A stretch of 64,000 nt of DNA, taken from the NCBI GenBank assembly GCA_004764695.1, contig SMSO01000032.1, positions 1,178,001 to 1,242,000 of the forward strand, written 5' to 3'. The notes under the pieces are model-generated. The model was given only the letters and a program-made list of their open reading frames with translations, did not search any database and had not been told where the DNA came from. Source of the DNA: Schizochytrium sp. TIO01 (taxonomy: Eukaryota > Protista > Bigyra: Labyrinthulomycetes). Position numbers and translations under genes: made by a program. Shown here piece after piece: positions 34,491-47,222 of the stretch. How positions within the stretch are numbered: the first letter of the stretch is position 1; every line of letters starts with the position of its first letter.

Positions 34491-37400
34491 CATGGAATGA
34501 TGGAAAGTGCTGGTGATCGATCGTATCATTGGTACTGTTTTCAAGGTGTGCTTGGGCTGTGGCGGCGGACGGTGGTGCTAGAAACCAACCCAGCACTGAA
34601 GAAGCAGTGCTTTCGTTCTCTGTTTGATTTTTGGTCGTTGAGGAGGAGACTGACTGTTCTCTTAGAAAAGCCTTTTCACGGCTGTTTTCCAGTCCAGAAC
34701 CAGCTTTCTTCTCTTTCTTTCTTTCTTTCTTTTCTTTCTTTCTTTCTTTCTTCTTGCTAGCTGTTTTCAAAATTCATTTTAATTTTATTTTGTAATGTAG
34801 ATAATCTTTTTAAAGTCAACCTAACCGGCCTCTAGTGTTTTATTTTCGCATGGCAGCACTTTAGAATGTTGTTATTCCCAGACAGGACGTCGCATTCTGC
34901 TGGTTTCGAAGCGTTTCTTTTTGCGCCAGTGCCATAGAAACACTGAAGCCCAGCGTTCGTCCTTGAAGTTCATGCAAAAATAACGCCCATATGCCATCCT
35001 GAGTTATGTGGAGGGGGGTGAACTTAGAGAGGGCATCAATAATTAAAGAACGTAATTTTACGATAGCACTAAAATGTTGGGAGTAAAGAAAAATATAGTT
35101 ACTTCTCTTATAAATATAGTATTTTTCTGAACATATATACATATATATATAAACTTTTAAAATATATATTTATGATTTAAAGTTTTTTTTGTTTGTTTTT
35201 TGAAATTAAGAGAAGAAGAAAAGTTGAGGATGATGATAGAATCACAGAACACAGTGCAAAGAAAGCATGCCAGCTCTTGCGGATCTCTGGGCCGCCACCG
35301 ATACATGAAACTTAGCTTAAGTTGACCACACATAAATACGACTGCAGAGTAGGCGTATCTTTATGCAAGACATGCAAGACATGCCAAGCCAAGTGGCCAG
35401 ACACGTTGCACATCTTGAAGTGTATGACCTATCTTTCATGCTAGTTACTGCATAGATAGATATCGGCCTGGTGGATGAAATGCCATGCTGAGGACACTTC
35501 GCGGCACAATATTGCGTTATGATATCGTGGGGTAGCGAATATAGTTTTAGCCTGACAACTCCTCTGTTATATGATGGCGATATGAGTTGCCCTCACCTCC
35601 ATGAATGAATCTTCTCTAGACAGCGAGAGGTCTCGCATCAGCCTGATCAATAAACAAACTGCGAACTGCGCGATGCGTACGTTTAAAGTAATTCACAGCA
35701 CCACCGGCAGCGCAGCAGTTGTAGGTTGTTAATCAGCTCTCCGCGCAGGATCTCTCAGAGGTTGGGATCCTTTGGTCGCCACAAAGTAAGCAAACACTCA
35801 CCATAAACCCACGTGGGCCTCCTTCGCCCCGCCGTGGCGTAGATGGTGGCTTACGTCTGCAGGATCAACTTAACTTGGTGACATACATCACTGCTGATTA
35901 GATCAAATCAAATCACTGCTCTCTTCAAGTCGCGCATGATCAGCCCAAAACACTTTCTTAAGTGGGTGGTAGGAGGTGCTAGCGCTCCTTTGCTCACGAC
36001 TGGCTTGCGTCAGATCCATTTCCCAGAGGTCTTGCTGTAACTTGGTTCTTGAGCACTCTTCAGTTCCCAGTTTCTACGTTGACCGACCATCGATTGCGTG
36101 AGCTTTTGCTGACGGTACAGACCGAAAGTTAAGATCGAGGGACTGACTCAATGTCGGCAAGTTGCGCTCTGAAGAACTAACTTCTTGCGAAATGGTTCAG
36201 AAAAAGTCAGGTACGCCCGCTTGCTCGCTCGCGGATGTTTGGAAGCGACGCGTACGTACGTCTCCGCTATAGAATTGGCCCATATCTTGCTACGGACATC
36301 TACAGATGATTTCAGGATTGGTATAGTTCTTCTTCAAATTGCTGTGTTTTAGCGTAGCGCAGGGAATTGACTAATTCAATCGCTCGTAAACCTTTCATTA
36401 TTATATTTCAGCCTGAGCAGACACGGTATCAAGGTTTCTAACTTTGTTACGCGCTATCAAGTCTCTCTTTTCTCGCTTCTGCGCGCTCGTTCATTCCCAG
36501 ATCACAGTCAGTCAAAGTCGTTCTCCCTGTTCCTTTCACTCTTTCATGAAGGTTGACTTTTGATTTTAAAATAAGAGTTTTTTTCTTCTTTTTTCTCTTG
36601 AATAAAGTTTTATATTCGGAAAATAATAATTTTTAAAACATCATTTAAAAGTTTTTTAAATTTGTAAAGCTGATGGAGACCGTGAAGCTCGATCGAAAAG
36701 CTTGGAGTTGGAGCCTTGAGTTGCGAGGAGCGGTTTTGCAAAGTTCAACTTATTTGCAATTCAAAGAAAGTTTCATCCCCATCAAGCTTTATCGAAGTTA
36801 TGTTTGTATCTGCTTATAGTTTCCGAGCACAACTGGCAACGTAGCCAAGCACCCTAAATATTATCAGCACTTGTAAAGATCATAATTGGAGAACCCCGAG
36901 TTCCTCTCACAAAGCAAAATGCGAGAAGCAATTTTCATTGCATTCCCTCAAGAAATAAGCTAAATCCAAATGTGCCTCAGCTTCGTGAATACCGAGACGC
37001 CAACCTTGTTCCATTGTGGCAGGTATCGATAAGTTGCCCATTGCAGCTGCTGGTTAGTGAGTATTCATCGACACTCGCAAAGGTATCGATCGCGTAATAC
37101 CCGTACAACCTGGCATGCTTCAATTGACCACATTTAAATTTCCGATTCGAGTGACCAGATTACGAATTCTGCATCTGATTTTCCCTGCAAACTGAATTTT
37201 CCGACGAGCATAATTCTCGTTCAAATCATTCCAAGTGCATTACATACTCTAATCTGGCTATCGCTCTGGAGCTTCGCATGTCATCAGGATGAATTATCAA
37301 GGCACATACTCAGACCTACGAGGATATGGTTTTGGCGTCATCGAGAAATATCCGCACAGATTGCAACTCCTCTTCTCATTGGACTCAGATGTGGCCTTTT

Positions 37401-38686
37401 CATAAGGTGTCAATCTGCACGTGTCCAGTGTCGACCGCTGTGATGCGAATGATTGTAAATAAGATGATGATGATTATGATTATGCTCTTCGCTGGAGCTG
37501 CTGACCTTATCGCGAGCAGCAGCGCCATAAAAGAAGATGGCCTCCATACCAAATATACTCAGCTAGCTATCTCGAACCGTGCCCAAACCTTGAAACAAAG
37601 TTGTTCACATCAACGATTCTTTCACAGAACAATTTCCCTAAGGTCTTGAATTTATCTTTGGCAATTCTCTTCAACGCTGTAGAAAGCCAATCCTCCCTCT
37701 TCAACTCGTCCGTTTGGCCATCCAAGAGTATTGTGGCGTGTCAGGTGACGGCCTCAGAGGCTTCCGATTCCGGTCCCCAGGTGCGCTAACCAAGGGTCCA
37801 TGGCGCAAGCAAATTGGAGGACGCTCGCAATGATGGGCTCGCAATCGTGGAATCCTGTCGCTTCATCTTTTGTGCTTGGTCGCCCAGGATCTCATTTCAT
37901 TGCATCGTAAAATAATAGATTATTTCGTTAAAACCTTTTCTTCAAAGTAAAAATAGATCTGTATCCCATGTAAAACAAACCTGATAATGGATAGTTAGTT
38001 GGTGCGTAGCGTGTTGTTACCTGTTAATGATTTAAAATAAAAAATAAAAAAATCAATTAACGCGCACATCTTGGACTAGTTTTCTTTTCACCTGTTTTCT
38101 TTTTTAAATTTTCTTTTAAGCTGCCGGCACGCTTCTTTCTAATACGTGAACTGTGGGGGCAGCAGTGATGCGTCGCGTATGAAAGGAAAGACAAAGGAAA
38201 TACAAAGGAAAGAAAGGAAATCAAAAGAAACATTCATTCACCTTCTTGGGTAGGTAAGCAGAGAAAAGAAAGCCTCCGCAACGCAAACAACTGAGTGAGC
38301 CCATTAGAAAAGCTGGCGCTGTTTAATGGCTGCTTTCGCACAGAAAGTCGATGATGCGTAAGCTTGGCATCACTATCACTCTCACAGCAACTGCAGTCTT
38401 GGCCTGAACCACACAGACATCTTCAGTGGTAGGAGCATCACCGCCGTTGACGCGTGCACGGCTCCAGAGCTGAGTTAAAAAGCAGCACGCGAGAAAGATT
38501 TTTATGGAAAACCATGAAAAACACCCTTAAAATGCTGGAATTCTTCTTTTTCTTTTTTTTCTTTTTTGGTTTGTAATTTCCCAAGACGGCCAAACACAAA
38601 CAGCAGTGAAGCCTTCGCAAAGTACCGCAATACGCAGCACATTATCTGTTCACGCACGCATGTTCACCTACACAAATGTAAATATC

Positions 38687-38735
38687 TTCATTCATTCATT
38701 CATTCATTCATTCATTCATTGATTCATTGATTCAT
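38687..38735. repeat. (CATT)n microsatellite with a degenerate 3' end
   Basis: Direct reading. Confidence 0.93.
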
Positions 38736-41700
38736 TTGTTCAATCACTGCGCTCCTTTGCAGAGTTTGATTGATCAATCGACCCATCTAAATCTGGCAAT
38801 AAATTTAATTATCTATTTAATTAAAATCAGTCGCCTCGCTTCAAGTTGCTGTTTTCTGCTCTGCTGCGCTTCGCTCTCGCCTTTGCGCGGGGTCCCTGCG
38901 TCTGCAGAGGCCGCCGAAGGGCCCTCTCGGGGCCTTGGTACAGGCCGGCCACCGCCACGCCCGCCCAGGAGGCGGCTTCGGCGGGGGTGGCGGCCTCGAC
39001 GAGTGGTGGAGAGAGCTCGAGCGGAGGAAAGAAATCGCCAGGGCGGCATTGAGAAAGCGCATTACATTCTCCAGAGCCGCATTTCTTGCCGCACTCTCCC
39101 CCTCTACACCCCTGTCGCGCCAAGCCTCTCACAAAGGCCCGGGTGGAGAGGGGCAGAGTGCCCCCCCTGGTGGAGTCTTCCCCTCTAAGACAGAGCGTGT
39201 TCTTCCCGTTCCGTTCCGCATCGTGTCGTTTCGTTTCGTTTCGTTCCGCGGCAAGGGAGAACGGAGAAGGCAGAGATGAAGAAGCGCAAACCGGCTGAAA
39301 AGTCTGATGCATTGCAGCTGAAGATGGTGATGAAGATGGTGACGATGGACTGTGTTTACGTGTGTACGCGTGGCTGTGCGATTTATGGGTGGAGGATGCC
39401 CTCTCTGCGGAGAAGAGGCAGGCTTGAAGAGCGTAAGTGAGCAGTATCTTCAGCCTCAGACCATACTTGCCAATTGCTTTAGGCTGGGAGGTCTGGCTTG
39501 ACTCTAATACCGACGATCTCCCAAAAGAGAACGCCTCGAGGTTTTCTATTTGTGCCGAACCGCCCTCATCTCCCCTTACCTTCTGTGCCTATCTGCCAGT
39601 TTGTATCAAAAGTTGAATGCATAAGTCGTTCTGTTCTAATCTCCAGTTCCTCTCTCGCTGGCTGTGTTTTCTTCCCTTCTTTCAGCTATAACTGTTCTAT
39701 CGTCAAAGCGGTTTTATAAATTCACCTCGTTGCTAGTAGCAGCTAGGTACCTACTACCAGGCTACCCAAGTGTGATTGAATTCCACCTCTATCTTTATAA
39801 CATTATTTTAAAATAAAAACATTTATAAAATGAAAATGTTGAAAGAAAAAAAGAAAATGGGTCGCAAGGTAAGTTTTGAAAAATCAATATAGAAATATAT
39901 TGAACGAAGGATGGGTCTCAAACAACCCTTCGCTCTGTCTCTAAATGAATCTCTCGAGGCCGCCGAAGCCGTTCCCAGAGCACGGTCTCTCAGGCCTCAG
40001 AGGCGCTGAGGCCGATCGTCAGCTCTGTGGGAGCGTGGAAAGCACACGGCGAAAACGATCAGCCAACCAGCCAATCAACAACCTAGCGATCGATCGATCG
40101 ATTGATCGATCCGCAATCAAACTGTGAATGAAATTGGCTTGGAAAGAAAGAAAAAACTTGAAAGGAAGTACCAGGCTAGTGGGTATTAGGTGCCTGCTAG
40201 GCATTTTGAAAAAGGAAAGAAGCGAGAAAAGAACGGGCGCGTCACATGCGAAAAGGGCGCCGAAGAGGGCGCTCGTCACCGCCTTGTTCCTTTCTCTGGT
40301 TCCTCCTTATTACTTACTACTGTCGGCGGAGACGTCAATAGATAGAATGACAGACATGAGAAAGAAAAAGAAATAGAAGAAGAAGAAATAGAAGAAGAAG
40401 AAGAAGAAGAAGAAGTCGTCTCAATGGCCAATTGGATCAGCAAAGGAGGGCTCAACACAATCGTGGGTTATGTGCACCATAGCACGTCACGTTTTTAAGG
40501 CGGCACTGGGCCTTCGGAAACTGATTCTTCTCTGCTTCGTGTTCATTTGGTTGTTGAATGATGGCGATCAATCAATAAGATAAGTCGTCCTTCGAAAAGA
40601 ACTTCGGAATGAAATGAGAAATTGAAAAGAAAATGAATGTGCTGATGTTCGTTCTTATTGGGTGGTTTCGTTCAAGTTTTTCAAATTCTTTCTTTCTCTT
40701 TTTAGAGGGAGAGATTTGGAGACGAGAAGATGGTGAATAGAGCCTCGAGCTTTGCAGAGAGCGCGAAAACGCGATAAAGGCTGAAGGTCACATTCGCAGC
40801 ACCGGCTTGAGGTCGAAGATGATCTTGGGCTTTTTGCCGATGGATCGAGATACGCCTAACATATGATCTTCATTCGGAGCTGCTAAGAACAGAGAGAAAG
40901 AGAGAGAAAAAGAGAGAAAGAAGCTGAGGGCGGCCAATCTGACTAATCGCTACCGGTTCTATCTAATTGCCTAGGTAGTACATAGTACTGGCACATTCTT
41001 GCAAATAAACAAACAAACAAACAAACAAACACATGAAAAAAGAGGCCGTCGAATTAATTTTTTCACATTATTTCACTTCGTTCTTTCTCTTTCTCAAGTA
41101 AGTAGTATGGATCCATGATTTATGATTACATCGAATGGTCGTTCCTATTTTGCACTAGTTTTATAAAATGAAATAAAGAGGGACGCATTGAATCCCTCTC
41201 CTCCAGCCGCAGTGTTTTTTTTTGTTTTTTGTTTTTTTTTTTTTTTTTTGCGAAGTATATTTGGTTGTTTTGAGTTATTATTTGTTGTGTGAGTGCTCTG
41301 TGCTCCTGTATTTGATATCGTGATAAAATATTATTATTACTTGGGAGATTTTTATTTAAAAAATAAAAAAATAAAAAAAGGAAAAAAAGGAAAAAAAGGA
41401 AAGAACTTGAAGCTTCATAAAAATAAAGTTGAAAAGAGTAAGAAAGAAAAGCAAAGTAACTAGATTTGATTAAAATAAAAGGAGGATTATGCTAAGGGAG
41501 GCTTAGGTTTCTCGTTAGCTGGTTAGGAACTCATTCCTCAGAAATGAAATTTGAATATTTCGAATTCGAAAGAAAACTTCTTCTCCTTCAGGCCTTGCTT
41601 GCAAACCCCCAACGCGGAGCACGAAGCCGCTCCTTCTGCACAGCGCTCGCCGCAGCAAGTCCTCCCTGCGCCAAGGCAGGGGATCCGGCAGGCAAGAAGG

Positions 41701-41826
41701 GCCACTGGAAGCCCTCGGAGCCTATAGCGTGCTCGCTTCTGCTGACTTGTTGACAACCGGTCAACTCACGAATTTGCAACAGAGTCCGCTTTCTCCTCGT
41801 TGTCCTCAGTACATAACCCTCTAAAA

Positions 41827-43764
41827 ATGCAGGCTTTGAAACGCTGGGCAAGACCCGCAGGCGCCGCTTTGGCGACCTGCGGTGCTGCTGCTGCAGTTGC
41901 CGCTGTAGCTTTCGAGGATGAAGATGCTAGCCCAGGCGAGCGTGTGGTTAAGTGCCAGGCTTTCCCGCATACGCGTAAGATGCGCGAATCCGATCCGAAC
42001 AAAACTCTGCCGATTGCCTGCCGCGATGGCACCATGGTCTTTCCTTGGGCAGCACCCTCCCGCGAGCAGCAGCTTCAGGAGCTTGAGACCGAGAAGTTTG
42101 ACGTCCTCGTGATCGGTGGAGGCTGCGTCGGAGCTGGTGTTGCTCTTGATGCTGCCACGCGTGGTCTTCGTGTAGCAGTTGTTGAGCGCGAGGATTTTAG
42201 CGCTGGTACTTCGAGCAGGTCTACAAAACTCATTCATGGAGGTGTGCGTTACCTTGAGAACGCCTTCAAACACCTCGACTGGGGCCAATACCTACTTGTC
42301 AAGGAGGCCCTGGAAGAGCGAAGCCATATGCTCAAAGCAGCACCCTTCATTGCCAAGCCGCTACCCATCATGGTGCCTGTTGAAGAGTGGTGGAAGGTTC
42401 CCTACTTTTTCATTGGTACAAAGGTCTATGACCTTATCGCTGGCAAGAACTCTGGTGTGCCTAGCTCAATGCTACTCTCCAAGGAGCAGGCACTTTACAG
42501 CTTTCCCATGCTTGACCCCGAAAAGATTGCTGGTGCCATCGTCTACTACGATGGACAGATGGACGATGCTCGCTACGGACTGCTCATCCTGCTCACCGCT
42601 ATTCAGGCAGGTGCCACTGCTCTCAACTACACCAACGCCGACAAGCTGCTCAAGGACGAGAATGGAAAGCTCGTAGGTGCACAAGTCCGCGACTTGCAGA
42701 CCGGAAAAGTGATCAACGTCAAGGCCACCTCCGTCATCAATGCTACTGGACCCTTCTCAGATGCCGTGCGCCATATGGCTAACGATCCTAACGGCGAGAA
42801 CAAGGGACCCACCGAAAGCTTCAAGGATATCATCGTACCCGCTGGTGGCATCCACGTGACTCTCTCAGACGACTTCAGTCCTTCTCACATGGGCCTCATC
42901 GTCCCCGAGACCTCTGATGGTCGCGTGCTCTTCTTCCTTCCGTGGAGCGGTGGCACTCTTGTTGGCACTACAGACTCTTCAACTCCGCTCACCATGCGCC
43001 CCAAACCAAGCGCTGAGGAAGTTGACTTTGTTCTCAAGGAGTGCGGAAAGTACCTTAAGCGCCAGGTGCACCCGGAAGATGTTCGTGCTGCATGGTCTGG
43101 CATTCGCCCGCTTGTACGCGACGTCAATGCCAAGGATACCAAGGCGATCTCCCGTGAGCACGTTGTTGAGGTCCATGAAAGTGGTCTCATTACTATCGGT
43201 GGTGGCAAGTGGACCACACAGCGCCGCATGGCCCAGGACACTGTTGACCGTATCGTCAAGGAGTTCCCTCGGGTTGCTGCTCGCGCTGGCCCCTGCGTCA
43301 CTCGCAACCTCAAGCTTGTTGGTGCTGACCGTGCTGGTATCATCTGCGACCAGAAATACGACATTGTCACCGTCACCCTCCGTGAAGATTACGGATTTGA
43401 CCGCGATATTGCTGAGCACCTCGTTACCTCTTACGGTACCCGCGCTCTCCAGATCGCTGAGATTATCAAGCATGGATACCCTACTCGTGGCAAGGGCCTT
43501 CATCCGAAGCGTCTGGTCGCCAAGCACCCGGTCCTCGAGGCCGAGGTTGCCTTCGCTGTCAAGCACGAGTACGCGCTCTCTGCCACCGACGTTCTTGCCC
43601 GCAGGACTCGCCTTGCCTTCGTCGACCACGACGCAGCTGTCGAGGCTCTCCCCACGGTGATCAACCTCATGGGTACCATGCTTGGCTGGTCTCGCGCCAA
43701 GCGTGCTGAGGAGCACAAGTCTGCCATGGAGTTCCTTGAGACCATGCAAATGCCCAAGGAGTAA
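41827..43764 (+). CDS. GPD2: Mitochondrial FAD-dependent glycerol-3-phosphate dehydrogenase (GUT2/GPD2/GlpD family)
   Basis: DVLVIGGGCVGAGVALDAATRGL, GTSSRSTKLIHGGVRYLE, INATGPFSD, DGRVLFFLPW, WSGIRPL, GGKWTT, DVLARRTRLAF. Basic/Ala-rich presequence; first ATG 41827; no C-terminal EF-hand extension. Confidence 0.97.
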   Translation: MQALKRWARPAGAALATCGAAAAVAAVAFEDEDASPGERVVKCQAFPHTRKMRESDPNKTLPIACRDGTMVFPWAAPSREQQLQELETEKFDVLVIGGGCVGAGVALDAATRGLRVAVVEREDFSAGTSSRSTKLIHGGVRYLENAFKHLDWGQYLLVKEALEERSHMLKAAPFIAKPLPIMVPVEEWWKVPYFFIGTKVYDLIAGKNSGVPSSMLLSKEQALYSFPMLDPEKIAGAIVYYDGQMDDARYGLLILLTAIQAGATALNYTNADKLLKDENGKLVGAQVRDLQTGKVINVKATSVINATGPFSDAVRHMANDPNGENKGPTESFKDIIVPAGGIHVTLSDDFSPSHMGLIVPETSDGRVLFFLPWSGGTLVGTTDSSTPLTMRPKPSAEEVDFVLKECGKYLKRQVHPEDVRAAWSGIRPLVRDVNAKDTKAISREHVVEVHESGLITIGGGKWTTQRRMAQDTVDRIVKEFPRVAARAGPCVTRNLKLVGADRAGIICDQKYDIVTVTLREDYGFDRDIAEHLVTSYGTRALQIAEIIKHGYPTRGKGLHPKRLVAKHPVLEAEVAFAVKHEYALSATDVLARRTRLAFVDHDAAVEALPTVINLMGTMLGWSRAKRAEEHKSAMEFLETMQMPKE

Positions 43765-44470
43765 ATTCCCTCTGTAATCCACCATTCGGTTGATTAACTG
43801 ACTGGCTACCTTTCTCCTTGGCTTGCTCTTGGGCTCAACCCAACTGCCCAGGGTAAACGATGGCAGAACTGTAAGCAAGTGAGATCAAGGTCTCAAATTT
43901 GCCCTACCAAGGCATTGCCCTTCTGGCACTCTCAATCACACATTTGGAACAGAATAAGCTAGCTGATTTGAGGGGATCTCCCTCAGTGTTCATAATCTGC
44001 TATTCTTTTCTTCTTATAGAGATTCAAGATATGCTAGAAGAACTCCTAACTCTGGGTTCTTTCGTATCTCAAGGTATACTCTACCTCTTCATTTATCGCG
44101 CTTTTTTTGTTATTGTTCTTTATGGTCGTGGAAGACCTGCACCGTCTCTTTTTAAAGGCAAGCTCAACTACTGACCACCTCTTTATTTGTCTGACCAGTC
44201 CTGTGATGGCATATGCACTGTTTGATGATACAGGGTCCGGCAGTCGTGGCACGAATCCAAGCACAGAACCAATTCAAAGCCAAAAAAAAACAAAACAAAA
44301 AACACTTTTCTTATTTCTTTGCAAGGCACCACCATTCTTCATGTCATCTTTGACCAACAAAATACAAACGCTCATCACCACAACAAACACTCAATCATCA
44401 ACATGACAACAACAACAGCAACATCTTCTTTAGCTTAGACCCACCCCTCTAACTTATCGGAATTTTATAT

Positions 44471-46279
44471 CTATGTGGTTTGTGCAAGTACATCACCGCT
44501 CTCATCGGGAGCGTTAGATAAACCTGAACCAAACAACATTTTGACATCCATGATTGTAACTGCTTCCAACGTGTGGCTCGGGGCAGTGATGTCTTCTTCC
44601 TCCTCGTTTGGACTCGCTAAACCATCCATACCATCAAAATTGGAAGTCTCTGATGGTATAGAAATTCCAGTTTCTAAAAAGGCTAACTCGTCCGGCAAAA
44701 GGCGAGCAAGCGATGAATATTTACGCATGTGAGGCCAGAAGTGTTCAAAGTCCAGATCTAGACCTACTATTCCACAATTCTCAATCTTAAATAAGCGCAA
44801 CTGCTCGAGCAAGGTCTGCTTGGCTTCGTACGCCGGATCTGTCGTATCCAGCTGGCAAGGTAGATATTGAAATAGCTGACGGAAAAAAAGGGAATGGCCA
44901 ACAACGATGATATTGGTTTCTGGGCGGTAATGAATCGTGTTGATAAAGTCTTCCATACGCGAGACAACGCTTGAACGAGATTCCTTGGTTGCAATCCACC
45001 ACTCTGACTCGGCGTCATATGGGTCTACACCAGAAACCCCAGCCTCCCATGCAGAGTGTACGTTTCCACATTCCTGCTGTAACAGCTGCTTTGCTCGCGT
45101 AAAACTCTCTTCTCCACAAACTACGCCCATAGAGTCCTTTCCCAGCAGGTTCTGTACCTCTCGTGCGCAAGTTAGTAGTTTTATTTTTGACTGCAATGCG
45201 CAAGGATGGTACTGCAATCCTAAAAGTGCAGTTTGTAACGAACGTGTAAGAGGGGAGCTGAAGATAGCGTCCGCTTCGAAGAAACCAGCTTCGAAACTCT
45301 TCGATGGAATATCTCCATCACTATCAATTTTCAGTTCTGATGAGTTTTGGTCTTGTGGAAACCCTATTTTATTCATTTGCGCTGGATTAAAAGTTTGATT
45401 TAATATATCATCATCCTCTTCACGACGACTTGATTCCATATTCGCTTCAAAACGCCAACGCTTGTTCATATTTACAGCTTGTTGTGCACCTTTCACATTC
45501 AAAGGATGGTCACGAAATGCAAGCATTCCTACAACGTTACGCCTTGCTTGGGCACGGTTCCACCTCGATTCGCCATGGCGAACTAGATATAAGCGTTTGC
45601 GGGTGGTTCGTGAGAATACTCGACGCGCACGAATAGTAACCTGTGGGAGTTCTTTCAGCGGCAATGAAAGCAACTCGCTTTCCATTCCAAATTGTTCTAC
45701 AGTGCATTGAGCAGTGCCAATGATTCGCGTGTTACGGCGAATGTTACGTTCGCCAATTACTTCAACTTGAATAATATCACTAGGTCTAGCAAATGGAACC
45801 ATTTGATGAAAGGCGTACCATGTGGGACGGCGAGTATTAAATCTTTTTGACGTATGTCCCTGACCCAACACAATAAAGCTCTCGTTACTCTTACGTATGA
45901 CTGAAACCCGCAAGTGAACCTCTGAAAGGGGCTGACCAACACCCTGTAAATCAATTAACTCTACAACTAGCTCTTTGTCTTTAGCTATTGCTGTTTTCCC
46001 TTGTTTCCGTGTATTCTGCCTAGCAGCTTGTTGAGGCGGAGCTCCTGGTGAGACTGGCCATGAACGTGGCCGTCTGCTCTTTTCTCCTCCTAAAGTACGC
46101 CCAATTGGCGCCTGGGATGTGGGTTGTGGACTATTCTTTTTTATGACAGCATACTCACGAGCTGCAAACAAAGCGCGAGAGGAATCTGTTGCCCCTGTAC
46201 CTATTTCCCCTGTTGGCGACAAACATTCCGTACCCCCACTGCCAGGTAATGTGAGACCTCGCGAGACTCCACCCCCCAT
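44471..46279 (-). CDS. Histidine phosphatase (phosphoglycerate-mutase family) with N-terminal C2 domain and putative N-myristoylation
   Basis: LYLVRHGES, FSSPLTRSLQT, VVGHSLFF motifs; C2-like beta pattern ELVVELIDLQG...NTRRPTW...IQVEV...IIGTAQC; starts MGGGVS. Confidence 0.85.
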   Translation of the reverse strand: MGGGVSRGLTLPGSGGTECLSPTGEIGTGATDSSRALFAAREYAVIKKNSPQPTSQAPIGRTLGGEKSRRPRSWPVSPGAPPQQAARQNTRKQGKTAIAKDKELVVELIDLQGVGQPLSEVHLRVSVIRKSNESFIVLGQGHTSKRFNTRRPTWYAFHQMVPFARPSDIIQVEVIGERNIRRNTRIIGTAQCTVEQFGMESELLSLPLKELPQVTIRARRVFSRTTRKRLYLVRHGESRWNRAQARRNVVGMLAFRDHPLNVKGAQQAVNMNKRWRFEANMESSRREEDDDILNQTFNPAQMNKIGFPQDQNSSELKIDSDGDIPSKSFEAGFFEADAIFSSPLTRSLQTALLGLQYHPCALQSKIKLLTCAREVQNLLGKDSMGVVCGEESFTRAKQLLQQECGNVHSAWEAGVSGVDPYDAESEWWIATKESRSSVVSRMEDFINTIHYRPETNIIVVGHSLFFRQLFQYLPCQLDTTDPAYEAKQTLLEQLRLFKIENCGIVGLDLDFEHFWPHMRKYSSLARLLPDELAFLETGISIPSETSNFDGMDGLASPNEEEEDITAPSHTLEAVTIMDVKMLFGSGLSNAPDESGDVLAQTT

Positions 46280-47222
46280 CGGCCTATGACCTGTCTAAAG
46301 ATGGCCGTCGAAGAATTCCTCAACTGGATTGGACTGGCCTTGTCCAGCCTAACTCTCGTGACACTGCCTCTCCAATTTTCAGGTTGATATTGTTAAACTA
46401 TTGTATCTCATAAAACCGAGAACAAGCAAGTCCGACGTTTGGATGACTTAATGTTCTATTGCTACACAGCAGTTGTCTTCGATCAAGGTAGCATGCCTGA
46501 GCTAGGAGCACCGACTGATGAGATACTGCTCAACGCCGCGACTTTTGTTTTCGCCTGCTGCTTTTCCGACCGAGAATCAAAGTGAAACAAAATAGGTACT
46601 CTATCGCCTTCCGAGGTTCGGAGGCCAAACTTGCGCTGGTTGAGAGCTCTATTAAATCATAAACACTTGTGCTCGCCTTTTTCATATGAGTCGATTTTCT
46701 GCTGTCTCCTTTGTAAAGTGGTAATTGTGATGAGAACACCCTAAGTTCTCCACCTTATTCTTACACACGGAGGTTGATCAACTCTTTTCACACCTTGCCT
46801 ATAGACATCCTTAGTATACTTGTTCTCTGCATTATATTTGAAACAAATAGAAACTATTATTATATTTGACCCAGTAACAATCCAAACGGTTGGGTTAATA
46901 TCTAACAATCTACTCGTCATCACACGCACCTAGCAGCATCATCGTCATCCTTCCATACCGTAACTTGGAAGCACAGACTTGGTCTGCTAGTACTCGAAAG
47001 ATATTTCACCCCCCCCTGATATTATTAGATAAAACAGTGCCACACCAACCTCCGAAACACACTCGAACCACTCAGCTTTAGCATGCCAAAATCTGCGCGC
47101 AGAGCTTGTCGTAACAGATGCCCTGGAGATCATAACGGATACTTCGCACACCTCTAAGGAATCAAAATATTATAAATAATTTTATTACTATTACCTAAAC
47201 TATTACATATTAGAATGTTTAT

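Noticed and set aside
42917-43878. 247-aa (+) and 299-aa (-) ORFs overlapping GPD2
   Set aside because: Expected from strong C-ending codon bias, which removes antisense stops; no motifs.
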